A stretch of DNA of 49,635 bases from Octopus bimaculoides (GCF_001194135.2 NC_068989.1:26156091-26205725), one strand, 5' to 3'; shown: positions 25,359 through 37,728, counted from the first letter of the stretch. Program-made: numbers and translations. The notes: generated by a model from the letters alone, not told the origin.

Positions 25359-25482
25359 TCTTCTCCTCCTCCTCCTCCTCTACATCCCCCTCCTCTTCCC
25401 TCTTCTTCTTCTTCTTCTTTTTCTTCTTCTTCTTCTTCTTTTTCTTCTTCTTCTTCTTCTTCTTCTTCTTCTGCTTCTTCTT

Positions 25483-25513
<31 letters not shown>

Positions 25514-25531
25514 TTATTATTATTATTATTA
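25359..25531. repeat. Compound (CTC)n(TTC)n(TTA)n array
   Basis: Seen directly. Confidence 0.95.
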
Positions 25532-25860
25532 CTTCCATGTATTATTAAAAGGTACTATTAAATGCTGTTTAGGGTAAGCTTTTGTTTTGTACTTGAGATA
25601 ATCATAAATATGTGAGTGTAGAAGGGAACAGTCGGAGAATAGTAGCTGCTTGGTGAATACCCCAAATTCTACAGGTGTGTAAACAAATTCGGCAGATGGG
25701 GAGGAGGTCAGCAAAGGAGACAACAGATGCATCACACCCTTTGGGTCAGCAGAGGTCAAATGCGCTTACTTCTACTAGCGATCACTGAGAGCGCTGACCT
25801 TGGCACTGAAGAGAAACAATTAACATTGTTATATTTTTAATTACTGATAGAAAAAATAAT

Positions 25861-25906
<46 letters not shown>

Positions 25907-25999
25907 TGTGTGTGTGTACATACACACATACTGATGTTAATATCGTTGAATTTTGGAGTTTCTGATTTTTGTTTCGTTCCATTTCTTTTTATAATTTTT

Positions 26000-28060
26000 T
26001 CTGTGGTTAACAGTTTTTGTAATTGTGCAGTTTGTATATATTGACAGGTGCTTACCTCCTAGACCTCAAGAGATAACATGTTAGAAGTTCAGGTTGGTAG
26101 TATGCCTAGGGCGTCATATATTTGGTTTTGCACATAGTATTGTTCTAGAGAATGTTTAAAAACACATAAGAAAATTACGTTTTTGTTCTAAAATTTGAGA
26201 TTACATAGACAGTATTTTCGTAGCATATCAGCGATTCCCATCAGCACTATCTTTTGAATTTCTGCCATTTTGGAGTTTCCTGCTATCTTAGCTAGGTAGG
26301 AATCAACCCTTTTGCTATCTTTCCTAGGGCACCTATGACAACAGTTATTGTTTTAGTCTTGTGGTTCCACATTTTGTCAATTCTATTTCAAGATTTTATA
26401 CTTCCTCGGGTTTTGGTAGGTCTTGACAGATAAATTTATGTTGAATGGGAAAGTCATATCGATGAGGATGCATCATTTTTGTGTGATGTCTTTCAATATA
26501 ATATCTGGCCTATTCACATCTATCTTTCTCTCAGTTTGAATGGTGATGTTCCAGAGGAGTGAGATTCGATCATTTTCTAGCACTAGACGTGGTTTGTATT
26601 CCCAGCAGTTATTATCATGGGGTAGGTTCAGTTTTTTTGCAAATTACGCAGCGAATATACCGTGCTGCTCTCTATCATGCCTGTTGATATACTCTGTAGG
26701 GACAAGAAGAATGCACATGGAGATAACATGAACAATGGTTTCATTTTGTTGTTTACGTACATAACTACTGGCGCACTTTGATCTTGGACTGCTATAATAA
26801 AACCTAGTGTTTCTGATTTTAAGCCAGAAGACACTAACCATTGAAGGATATGAGCTTTGTGAACATTAGCTCTCTTTGTGTATTTGCTATAAAAGATGTT
26901 TTTGTTGCTAATTATCAGTAAGAATATTTAAGGCAGCAGTTTTAACGCAGGTTTTCATACGCTTGTTTCCAGTAGTCTAATTCTGGGACTGGTATTTCGA
27001 ATTCACTTTGCCTGTTTTGTTTCTGAGTATGATGCTTTCTTGTTTCTGTGATTGAAGACAAGTGTTAATATTCAGTCATCAGAGTTTTCCAGGTAGGTGT
27101 TTAGGCCAATTGTAGAAATCCTCATTGTTAATTCCAATTATAAAAGTCCACGGCCACCCTCTTTTCTTGGCAGGTAAAGTCTTTCTATATCTGCCTTAGA
27201 GTTTTCTTAGAGTGGTGCATTATATGCATTGTCAACAATTTTAGTATGTTTTTCTGTCAAGATTACATATTTTAGTAAACTGACTAGTTAATAATATTGG
27301 AAATGTAAATCAAGACCGGTATTGCATCGATTTTCTTTGTTGCATTCAGTTCCGTCTAGAGTATTGCCTTTACCCACCGATAAATTCTCTTCTGATCCTT
27401 CCCACATCATTGAAATACCTCTACGTATCATCTTTAAATACCTGTAGGTATTTGTAGCTCTCCTTTATGACATTCTACTGGTCAAGATTAACGTTGGTTG
27501 TTTCTGTCATTTTCCCTTTGATAATGGTAGCTTTTGAATTTTATCAAGGCCAAATTGCATCTTGATTTCACAACGGGACTGTTTAACAATTGCTAGTAAG
27601 ACGTGTAGTTGTTGGTCAATTTTTGCAAAGAGCATTACATCATCCATGTAAAAGAGATGATTAATTATCTCTGTAAATTTTCTGCAAATTCTGCACGAGT
27701 GGTCAGATCCATTTACATGGTATTTTCTGGCAGGTGATCTCTGATCTTGTTCTCCAATAACAAAACCTTCTATTTCCACTTTTCAGATCTGTCCCTTACG
27801 GACAGGCGATTAGGGTATTTTCCATGCAGGAGTTTACCTTTTCAGTTGACTTTGATATTATTCATGCAAGCCTTCTTTGCTTGTAGTTTGATGTTTTTTT
27901 TAAAATCAATGATAGTTTTGTCACTAATTGGATCTAGTTGTACATTCTGATAAGCACTTTCTAAATCAGGAGTAGCAATGGTATGTCTCTCAGTATTTTG
28001 GTATCTTTGTAAGTTAAGACACATTTTAAAATTTCTTACTAAACTTCATGAATGAAGCTT
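26000..28060 (-). mobile_element. R4/Dong-clade LINE with internal deletions
   Basis: IINHLFYMDDVMLFAK...FGLDK (RT); ERLYLPRKEGGRGL; GLKSETLGFIIAVQDQS. The 3' UTR is homologous to 14672-14860; (TTA)n at 28062-28148 abuts the 5' end. Confidence 0.88.
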
Positions 28061-28062
28061 GC

Positions 28063-28148
<86 letters not shown>

Positions 28149-28151
<3 letters not shown>

Positions 28152-29250
28152 CTGGAGGTAGTCATTATTTTTAATGTCTTAAATAATTAACACAGTCACC
28201 GGTTCGATCGGTTCGATTTCCAATCATTTACTTATGTATTCTCTTCTATAATTTTCATTGTTTCTTGCAGCCTCTTCAATAGTCGTTGACTGTCCATTAT
28301 CGGATTGGCGTTCCTTTTGTTTGTTTGTGTTTTTGTCAGTGTGCATTCGTATACACATAGCTATGTATTTATTTGTGTTTGTATGTGTGTTCATATATAT
28401 ATNNNNNNNNNNNNNNNNNNNNNNNNNNNNNNNNNNNNNNNNNNNNNNNNNNNNNNNNNNNNNNNNNNNNNNNNNNNNNNNNNNNNNNNNNNNNNNNNNN
28501 NNNNNNNNNNNNNNNNNNNNNNNNNNNNNNNNNNNNNNNNNNNNNNNNNNNNNTATATATATATATATATATATATATATGCGTGTGTGGACGTTTGTAT
28601 GCATGTATTCCGCATATTCATATATTTGTAATCATGCTTCAATGTGTGTCTGTGTGTGTGTATTTCTGTGTGTACCGCTGTCTCCTTGTATGTGCATGTT
28701 TGATTATATCAATGTTTATGGGTATGTGTGACCACATACAGATCCATGCACATAGATACTCTCAAACATTCACACGTAAGGAGACAGAGGTACACACACA
28801 AATACACACACGCATACAGGCACACAGGCATAAATACCCAAAGACAGGAATAGGCAGAATACATACATACAAACGCACGCATAATACATATATAGATGCG
28901 TACACGCACACACGCATACATAAATGCGTACACACACACGTATATCCCCACATACATACATGCACACATACACATATGTGTATAGACATGCACACTGACA
29001 CACACACATGCGCTCAAACAAACAAAAAAGAACGCAGCTCTGATAACACACTGTCAACGACTCTTGTAGATGTTACAAGAATGATTTTAGAAAAAAATAA
29101 ATAAGTAAATGAATGGAAATAAAGTCGTTGAGTGTGCTAATTAATAAAACATTAAAATAGATTGCGGTTTCTCCCCAGACACAATAAAATATGTTTCAAC
29201 ATACCAATTCATGTAAAGAATCTGCCAAGTTAAATACAAAAGGGAATTTA
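28149..29250. mobile_element. ~1.1-kb imperfect palindrome (foldback element), copy 1
   Basis: Unique outer arms are inverted (atttacttatgtatt...gtcgttgac vs gtcaacgac...aataagtaaat). GT-rich left half and CA-rich right half; central hairpin gtatgtg-tgac-cacatac (28722-28739). Confidence 0.85.
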
Positions 29251-29254
29251 TTAT

Positions 29255-31165
29255 TCTTATTTTATATACACACAACCGATTTGACTGTTGGAAAAGAAAG
29301 AAAATCCTAACAGAGGGCTACACTAAGTAATCTCAGATGCCAATAACTCTCTTCAGTAGCCAAGGTTATCCCAAAGCGACTGATTTCTCGAGGTCTATTA
29401 AACTGAGTTGTATGCCTATCATCTGTTCAAAATGGCTAGGTTCTGGTACTTTGCTACTTTTTCTATACCTCTTGTATTGATTTTTTCAGCACCTGGCACA
29501 TTCTATTCTCTTTATCTACTATTACTAAATTATGCCTTCTAGCTTCTATTACTCTGTCAATCTGTATGTTAAACTCACACCACATCTTGTCTTTCTTACA
29601 TTCTAATACTTTACTAGGTTTAAGTTCATACCATTTCTTACTACGTTGATATTCTAGCTTTCTACATAACTCCCAGTGGATTACTCTCACTAGGTTGTCA
29701 TGACTTTTCTCGTGTTCTTTCTGAGCCAGCCTGCTACATTCACTTACTATATGAACAATACTTTCCTCTTTTGATTTGCATTAACTAGATTCGGAATCTA
29801 CTTGATTTTTGTCTATCTTGGGTTTTATCCAATTAGTCCTTAATGCCTGATCTTGTGAAGCTACTAACGAACTTTATGTCTCCATTTTCAGCTTTCCTTT
29901 CTGCAAACATAGCCATGACTCACTTCAACTATTTGCTGCAACTATTTTTGGGGAATGTACCATCCAACACCTCCTTCCAGTTAGAACATTTCTGTTCTTT
30001 TTTTCTTATTTTCAACTTCGTTTGGATTTTAGGTTTCCTTCTGTCATGCTGTTACTGTAACAGCTTTTAATAAACTTTCTTCCTATTATCTTCATACGAG
30101 TGCATATCTGATCTAGCTAATTCCATACAGTCTTCTACTGATATTAACCCTCTTCTGCCTTCCTATCTAGGTAAGTATAACTTTGTTATACTTGCCACTG
30201 GGTGGAGATCTTCATTCTTAAATAAATTCCTTCCTAAAAAAAAATTTTTTTTTTAAATTTTGTTTTTCCCAATCTAAAAATTGTGCTGAGTATCTAAGTA
30301 ATGATACTGCCCATGTATTTAAAGCCTTCACTAGATTAGGACCATTTAGCTTTGACTTCATTTGCTTACATATCAAGCTTTGACTTCATTAAGTCACTCC
30401 TCAATTTTCGTTTTCCTCTCTGTAGTTCGAATTCTGTCAGATTCTAGTACACCTAGATACTTATAACTATCTCCTCATTTCAATGATTCAAATGTATGGC
30501 CAACTGGTAATTGGATGCAATCGCTGTTGACTACCTGTCCCCTTCTCGTGAGTAATATTGCACACTTGTTTATGCCAAATGTTATGCCTATATCTTTGCT
30601 GAAGAAGCTTACAGTCTGTTTTAAGGAATCTATCTCTTCAGATCATCAATGTAGAGCAAATTGCTAATTTTACCCTTACGATTTCTGAACTGATACTCTG
30701 CTTTTGCCTTCCTTAATACTAAAATGAGTGGGATGAAACATAAGACAAATATTAAAGGCGACAACGAGTCTCCTTGGAAAATTCCTCTTTTGATATTAAA
30801 TTTCCCTAAGCATTTGTCACTTGAGTAGAGATCTACTTTCTATTTCTTCATGCTAAAGCTAATTATTTCCCTTATGCTGTTTGCTATACTTAATATCTCA
30901 GACATTACCTTAACCATGAGTGTGGGATTATGTCATAATCTTTCCTATAATTTATCCATGCTATTGTTAGATTTTTCTTTCTAAATTTTACTTCATTTAG
31001 AACTGCTTTGCCAGTGTATAATAGGCCATATCTCATCTTCAGTACTTCGTTCCCCATTATTTATTTGGTAATGAAATCTCCTGTTCTGTCTCAAACAGTC
31101 TATTCAGATGATACTGATCTATTCTGGAGAGATTACCTGCTATTGCTGTGATACACTGTTTCAGC
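29255..31165 (-). mobile_element. R4/Dong-clade LINE fragment (RT to RLE C-terminus)
   Basis: KKNLTIAWINYRKDYDIIPHSWL; RGIFQGDSLSPLIF; NLLYIDDL; YKYLGVLESD; LYLPR*EGRRGL; IHWELCRKLEY..SKKWYE; EARRHNLVIVDKE. Confidence 0.88.
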
Positions 31166-31167
31166 TC

Positions 31168-31307
31168 TTCTTCTTCTTCTTCTTCTTCTTCTTCTTCTTC
31201 TTCTTCTTCTTCTTCTTCTTCTTCTTCTTCTTCTTCTTCTTCTTCTTCTTCTTGTTTTTGTTGTTGTTGTTGTTGTTGTTGTTATTATTATTATTATTAT
31301 TATTATA
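31168..31307. repeat. Compound (TTC)n(TTG)n(TTA)n array
   Basis: Seen directly. Confidence 0.95.
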
Positions 31308-32200
31308 TAATTTTTCAACATTTGGTAGGTTGGGCAATTTTCTGCTTCTTCACCTGCTACTTTTCCGTGTTTCTGGGGTATGTACAGCATTGTGCGTTCG
31401 TTTCTCTTGTTGGGAGTGCTCAAAATCTTACCAGTATTGTATTGTGTTTTCCCCCTTGAAGTATGCTGCAGTCTTTTGTATTACTGTTTCTATTGTGTAT
31501 TGTGTTTATAATTGATTCTGTGGGTTGCTGTTGGAAGTTTATTTCACTTGGTAATTGCCCTATAGAATGTCTTGTGTTTGTTGTTTTTTTTTGTTTCTAG
31601 TAGTATCATTTAATTGCTAGTGACATGACTTGCGTAGGATGTGGGTTGTTCCTGACAGGGCTATTATTTTATGGTGTGTAGCGTTGAGGATCCAAATATA
31701 TCTTCTACATTTTTGTTCATATGTATTTTATCATGCCCAATGCTCTTAAATTGTATTGTTTTTACCTTCATGTCCCACACCTTGACTACTTCAATTCGAG
31801 GTTTTTGTACTTTTGCAATTTTTCTACATCTTTTTAAACAATACTTTGATCAGAAGGGACTGCACTGTCTGACAGTAAGCAGATGCTGTTTTTTTACAAT
31901 CATTTATTATACTTTGGCGATTAGCAATTGTTACTTTGTCGGTCTGAACCGGCACACCACAGATAATTATAGCTTGGTTGTCTTCAATCTTGTTTGGCAC
32001 ATGTTTATACCACCTACACTGAACCGCAAAAGAAACGCGAAACCTGTGTGACTGTCAGATATATTTTAATATCATTATGTCAGAATTAAATTTTGATAAA
32101 GTCAATTGATTGGATGCACTTTGACCACAGTTTATGAGTCGTTCTCATGTGTTCTGTTCGTGGGCGGGTCCAGCACATAGAGATTGTAGGGCGTAACATG
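31308..32200 (-). mobile_element. R4/Dong-clade LINE 3' fragment with 3' UTR and TAA tail
   Basis: WYKHVPNKIEDNQAII; VPVQTDK; ALGMIK; GTTHILRK. The 3' UTR is homologous to 35890-36200. Confidence 0.8.
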
Positions 32201-32317
32201 TTCAATACTGTTTATGATCTACCTAGGTGTTCAAAACGGCCATACACCGTCGATACAGGGAGTGCATGAGGCGGTTCACAAAAGCCATTGGCACATGTGT
32301 CCACACCCTGAGAAAAG

Positions 32318-35140
32318 CTACCTCCAGTTCCTGAGATGCGCTTCTGCCTCTATCTTCAGGTAACTCCTCGTCATCCATAGCCAGTGGTCCTTTGTATCTG
32401 TCTTGGCTTTTACATCTCCTGCAAACTGACCGTACATTTTTCTGGTCTTGATATCAATTTTTTTTTTTATTTCTCGCTTTTGCCATTTTATAATTTCCGC
32501 TCCATATCGAAGTGATGCTATCACCCACGAATGAACTGCTCCGATTTTATTCCATCCAGTCAATTTTGAGTACAGCACCAAATTCAGTCTTCGGAAATAA
32601 ACCATCTCAGTTGAACTTTCACTTGCTTTTCCATTATCTCGTTGCCCTCTAGTACACCAGTACACCAAAGTATTTGTAGCCTTCCGTTTCAATTTGCTTA
32701 ATCAAGTCTCTATTCGGTAGTTCCATCCATGCTAGGAACTGTACCTTGCTTCTTCTCATGTAGATTACTCCGCACGTCTTGAGTCCAAATTCCATTCTAA
32801 TTTCAGTACTATAATATTAGACCGGGTTCATCATGGAACTGACTTATGTTTTATCTTCGCATTACAGTTTCAAATCATCATGAAGAGGGGCTAGTTGGTT
32901 GTTTGGGTTTTCCCCTTTAGTTGGCCCTTCAGGATCCTTTTCCCGAGTGCCAATAACAGGTGTGTCATGCAGAGAACGATATGCAACGGGGATAGACTGT
33001 CACCTTGGAAAATCCATCTTCTGGTACTCTGGGTGCTCAATCTTTTTTCCGTAAGATTTCAGTGTTCGATTTTCAATCCTTCATGAAACACGTTATATTT
33101 CTCGCTATTCCAAACAGAACTAACCAGTCGCTGATCCACGAATGTTGAATCATATCTTTAGCATTGCAATAGCCAATCTAGGCCATTTCCAGATTTGTTC
33201 TTCCTCGTTTACAATCTTGCAATACCATTTTGTCTATCAATTGTTGTTCTTTGGTGCCTCTGCATCTCCTTCTTCAGTATTTTTGTTCCGGCGGTAATAT
33301 CGCGTTCTCATCAAGAAATTTATACAGCCTTCTGCAATTCGTCCTGACAGTAACTCCCACATTAACGGGAGGCTGGAAATTGATCTGTAATTGTTAGAAA
33401 CATTTCCCTTTGATGTATCCATGAGGCTCAACACCTTTCGTCCTTTAATCAACCAGCCCGGAATTTTATCTTCTCCATTTATCAATGCATTAAATTGTTT
33501 TGCGATCAATTTATGGCAACTATTAAACTCTTTTAACTAAAATCCTTGTACACTATCAGATCCTGCTGGTTTCCAATTGCTTATCTTCTTACTCAGATTT
33601 CTGATACTGTCTTCTGAGAAGTGAACAGCCTCTTCTTGGAGATAAGAAGCTGTTTGATTCAGGGTGCAGACCCATTCAGCTGTAGTATTATGTTCTTATT
33701 GCTTACTCAATGTCTTACCCCAAAAAGTTGACTTTCATCAGCATCAGAGACTAATCTTTCACGTATTTTATCGTCATTAATCTCTTGATAAAATGTTTTT
33801 GGTCCCTTCTAAGCAATTTGTTTTGCTAGTGTTGCTTAATCCGTTGTTAAAGCCTAGTTACCTTTGCTTTCTTGTTTTTTTGTTGTTTTTTTTTTTGCAT
33901 GTATGTGCTGCTTCAGTCCTTCAACATTCAGGCCTTTTGTATGCGCAGTATACTTCTTCCTAACTTTTTCGAATTTACATTAACTCTTGAGTTCTCCATT
34001 TGTGTTCCAGACAAGTATTGACACTACACTGTTTAAATAGTTTATATCTTCAGAAATTCTCCTTTTCCACCACGGTTGTTTATTTCGTCTACTATCCGTC
34101 GATGTTCTCTTCTCAGTAGTTCTCAATCTCATCCTTTCCGCCACAATCCTAATAGCAGTCTTGATAAGAGTATTTGTGTGATGTTCTTTGTTTCAATGTG
34201 TCTCTGTATCATATTGACTTTATTTAGTCTCCATTGTTTAGCCTTCTTAAAGTTGCACATAAATTTTGTCCCTTCTGTATGTAATAGACCCAAAATCCTG
34301 TCCATTATTAATCTATCTTCATTATTTGAGTAGTCACTGATCTCAATTCTTTCACAGTTCACGGTATCATACTCTTGCGAACATATGTCCATCTTTTCCA
34401 CTATACCGCTTTCATTTCTCGCATGACCCACCTCCCCCGATATCCTTCTTGTGATGGCTTCTAGCTCCAATTCCGCTAACCATCCATTCTTTCGTACTGC
34501 TCCTACTTGGTCATAGTAGTTTCGAACAGTTCTATTGATTTCCATTCACTGTGCATTCGTTCTCTTCACCCTCTGATAGGCAAGCACATTCGTATTCACG
34601 GGACTGTTCCGATAGTAACACACCATAACACTCATATTTACTTGCTTTCTCCACATATGTCTTTTGGAATGGCTAGCAGTTGGTGTATTACGACCGGGTC
34701 CACCCTGTTGCACAGTGGGGAACCTGCCGGGTGCGGCACTTTCACCATTGGTTCCAGTCCAGTTCATACCGTTATCGCCATTTATTAATTTATTTTACTT
34801 CGCATTTTCACTCACAAATGAGGTGTGTTTTGAGGTTACAACCAACCGGTATTTTTATCGAGACACCATCTCTGTTAAGGTAGTCCGCCATGGCAGCAGG
34901 ATCCTTGCTCCCCAGGTTTTGGACTCAGAGTTCCTTCTCTTCAGTTGCTTGCCACCCAAGGCTAATGAGTATAGCCTACTCGGAGCACTGGTTATTTGAA
35001 GGTGCCAAATACTCGCCTTTTCTCACACTAATCTTGTTGGTTTGGTGAAGGAGTCAACAAAGACTGCAGAGCTCTTACAACACATAAGCTGGGCCTATCC
35101 CTTCGCATTTCTATTTGGGATTGTTCCTTTCGCATTTCTC
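32318..35140 (-). mobile_element. R4/Dong-clade LINE with intact 5' end (5' UTR, ORF start, RT; internal deletions)
   Basis: ORF start near 34767 (QQGGPGR...WRKQVNMSVMVCYYRNSP; DQVGAVRKNGWLAELELEAI); NNYRSISSLPLMWELL; YFRRLNLVLYSKL...LRYGAEII; YGQF...WLWM...LKIEAEA. Confidence 0.85.
34907..35095 (-). ncRNA. Degenerate HDV-like ribozyme candidate in the R4/Dong 5' UTR
   Basis: Order P2-P3(CTA/TAG)-L3(TACTCAT)-P1'(CCTTGGGT)-GG-CAA-P4(AGAG/CTCT)-CAAA-P2'(CCTGGGGAG); candidate P1 GCCCAG at 35089-35094. Folded by eye. Confidence 0.45.
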
Positions 35141-35178
<38 letters not shown>

Positions 35179-35246
35179 GTCATAATAATAATCGTCATAA
35201 TAATAATATAATGATAATAATAATAATAATAATAACAATAATGATA

Positions 35247-35282
<36 letters not shown>

Positions 35283-35315
35283 ATTATTATTATAAAAAAA
35301 ATTATTACTATTATT
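35141..35315. repeat. (TAA)n array abutting a (TTA)n array (inverted microsatellite junction)
   Basis: Polarity switches at about 35247. Confidence 0.9.
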
Positions 35316-35856
35316 GAGTGAGAGAGCAGTGCACGCCATCAAAGTGACACTAGGGTAAAATATACGAAGCCCATTATACCCATCATGACTACCCGTCTGA
35401 TAAGGGTACACCAGGCAAATGCATCACAACCATATGTGCACCACATGATGATCTCATATCAAGATAAACAGCGCATGACCTCGCAGGTGTGGCCCAGTTA
35501 CAATTTTCTTCGGGTGGAATTGCCCATCCCGCTCAAAAGGTCCCTGAATATGGTTTGTTTAAGGATGTTGAGCAAAACATCCATGTTTCCAAAGGTGAAT
35601 TTTTCAAACCCCAAAGAATTCCTCTCAACACATGGCTATGATACTCCCCCACTACTTCTGCTCATGATCAGAGATGCACATATCGTCAGCCACCAAGGGA
35701 CATGCTCAACTGGTTAACATCAAACAACTGACAAGCAAATCTGTGGTATTAAGCAGAATATTTGCTCTATCCCAACTTTTATACCAAGACAAAACAATGT
35801 ACATGATAACATTTCCAATCAATTAAGATCAGAAGCCATGTGAGCCACTTCCTGGT
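35316..35856 (-). mobile_element. ~540-bp non-coding interspersed repeat flanked by (TAA)n, copy 2
   Basis: Colinear with 15103-15618; TTA arrays on both sides. Confidence 0.8.
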
Positions 35857-35889
35857 ATTATTATTATTATTATTATCATTATTATTATT

Positions 35890-36260
35890 CGGTCAATTTG
35901 TCCTACATCGCGAGCAGCTACATTTTGTTTGTTGCTGGGGTGCTGGCAGCATTCTGTGTTCTTTTTTTTTGTCGGGGAAGTGCAAACATTTCCCAATATT
36001 GTATTGTGTGAGTATCTTTTGCAATGGGATTTGGTTGCACTCTTTTCTTGTATTATGCGAGGTGTGTATTTCTGTTGGGTATCCTGTCCGTTGACAAGAT
36101 GTTGCGGTGCTTGTATAATTTATTGGATATTTGCTGTCTAGAATGTGTCTAATGCTTGAGGATTGTTTTGTTTAGCTTTTATTATTGAATTGATGATGTC
36201 TTGCGTAGGATGTGGGACTATTATGAGTATTGTTATTGTTGTTATCGGTTGTTGTTGTTG
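35890..36260 (-). mobile_element. R4/Dong-clade 3' end (last codons and 3' UTR) between two TAA arrays
   Basis: ILRKTSSIQ* (cf. TAHILRK.LS); UTR homologous to 31310-31640; TTA arrays at 35857-35889 and 36263-36315. Confidence 0.75.
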
Positions 36261-36261
36261 C

Positions 36262-36318
<57 letters not shown>

Positions 36319-37594
36319 TTGAAAAGTTTTCGCCTTCTAATGCGCTACATTCCACATACTTATGCTTATCAATTCTCACTATACTCTATTCAAAGGTAAT
36401 GGGACTTTTACATTAAAAGCAAAATTTTGGTACGTTACATAAAATGCAGTGCAACTGAAGGAAGTTTTATAATAGCATATAACATTTTTCTTTCTGTACA
36501 ACTAAGTATGCAGCAGGACATCGTTGTATTTAAACATTATCAATTGAATCACTGATTTACCATGTTTAAAAATCGTTTTATTTTTTATTGTTGTGCATTT
36601 CTGAAAACTTTTTCTGCAGTTACGATTTGGAAATTCGATGTTTTATGTGAATGAATAATTTTTTTATGTGTTGTGATTGATTAGCTATTTTTTATGAAGT
36701 CATCCTATTAGATTTTGCATATCAAACAGTAAATCACATTTCCTGTCACTGCAGATAACCTGAAATCATTTCCAAGTGTATTTATGAAATATTTTTATTT
36801 ATAATTATTTTTAGATATATATTTTACTGTATTACTCCCCTTGTTGAATTTAATATTTTTCAATTCTACTCTGTTACTTTAAGACTTTATTTTTGTACTA
36901 TATTTTTTTCGATGTTGACAAAGATTTCCTGTTAAGGATTACTTTGAAACAAATTATCTTGAAAAATAAATATTAAAGAATGTCGGTAAAGAAAAGAATA
37001 TAAATCATGATGTATTTCGTCTTATATACATTTGGAATACCGCCATTTCTATCTATTGTTAAATCGCTTACAAAGGTTGAGCTGAGAATGGAGATAACTA
37101 TTGATTGATGGTCAAGTTACTAAACTGATATATTTTGCTGCAAGTAATCCATCACACGTAAAGGCTGACTAGAACGATCAAAGAATCATACATCATCATG
37201 ATGAGCGTTAGTCTTCACATGCACAATGATAACTGATTAAATTTGATTGATACGAGAAGTTGTATGCGAGAGGAATATATAAAAAAAAATTGAGCAGGAA
37301 TATGAGAAATATATATATACATATNNNNNNNNNNNNNNNNNNNNNNNNNNNNNNNNNNNNNNNNNNNNNNNNNNNNNNNNNNNNNNNNNNNNNNNNNNNN
37401 NNNNNNNNNNNNNNNNNNNNNNNNNNNNNNNNNNNNNNNNNNNNNNNNNNNNNNNNNNNNNNNNNNNNNNNNNNNNNNNNNNNNNNNNNNNNNNNNNNNN
37501 NNNNNNNNNNNNNNNNNNNNNNNNNNNNNNNNNNNNNNNNNNNNNNNNNNNNNNNNNNNNNNNNNNNNNNNNNNNATACACCAATCAGATATTT

Positions 37595-37672
37595 ATCATG
37601 TTAGCTAAATATGTTTAAAGTAACATTTGACGTAGGACAAATCGGACGCGTTTATGCTGTAGGATTGTAGTG

Positions 37673-37724
<52 letters not shown>

Positions 37725-37728
37725 CAGC

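Noticed and set aside
25806-25817. CTGAAGA-GAAAC hammerhead-like core
   Set aside because: No stem II and no flanking stems I or III.
35490-35701. Partial HDV-like topology inside the 520-bp repeat (GTCCCTT/GCGGGAT, GG, CTAA in copy 1, TTCAG/CTGGG)
   Set aside because: P3/L3 is non-canonical in this copy and the implied cleavage site is ~155 nt inside the element. Worth an Infernal run on the consensus but not supportable now.
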